From: Oopsacas minuta
Lineage: Eukaryota > Animalia > Porifera
DNA length: 64,000 nucleotides
Assembly (NCBI GenBank): GCA_024704765.1
Contig: JAKMXF010000111.1
Coordinates: 1,747,627 to 1,811,626, forward strand
Reading direction: 5' to 3'
The translations under genes and the position numbers were made by a program. Shown here piece after piece: positions 63,808-64,000 of the stretch; the first letter of the stretch is position 1; every line of letters begins with the position of its first letter. The notes beneath the pieces were generated by a model. It was not told where the DNA came from. It was given only the letters and a program-made list of their open reading frames with translations, and did not search any database.

Positions 63808-64000
63808 AATTACTGATCGAAATATTGAAGGATTGAAATACAGCAATTTGTAGAATTCAATATCAATAATCGTGTTGAAAGTAAAATAAATTAATCTCAA
63901 ATGAACTAATATGGTTTCAACCGATGAAATATAATTAGTAACAATTTATTAATGACATGTTGAATCCTTTGTCTGATTTGTGTGAGATCATAGCAATTAT

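Overview
Eukaryotic, AT-rich DNA; the host cannot be named from sequence alone, but the transposon repertoire fits an invertebrate animal. The window is almost entirely a nested cluster of DNA transposons: MULE, Chapaev, mariner (DD34D), maT (DD37D), pogo/Tigger, Ginger, Transib, hAT and Helitron, plus Kolobok-like and LINE remnants. Many ends could be delimited by eye from terminal inverted repeats (TIRs) and target-site duplications (TSDs). Every transposase is disabled, several by only 1-3 lesions. The most striking structure occurs twice (20-2690 and 29327-32059): a ~2.7 kb near-perfect palindrome of two tail-to-tail FLYWCH-MULE transposase pseudogenes joined by a 67-bp imperfect hairpin. 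The second copy lies within MULE TIRs with a 9-bp TSD, so it appears to have moved as a unit. The two arms of each palindrome share copy-specific variants, pointing to arm-to-arm homogenisation and to a possible Mu-killer-like hairpin-RNA locus. Also notable: a Ginger integrase with a putative USP-like cysteine-protease tail, a Transib with RSS-heptamer ends and asymmetric TIRs, and one non-transposon ORF rich in YxxL (ITIM/ITAM-like) motifs. No rRNA, tRNA or CRISPR array was recognised. All alignments and translations outside the ORF track were done by eye.
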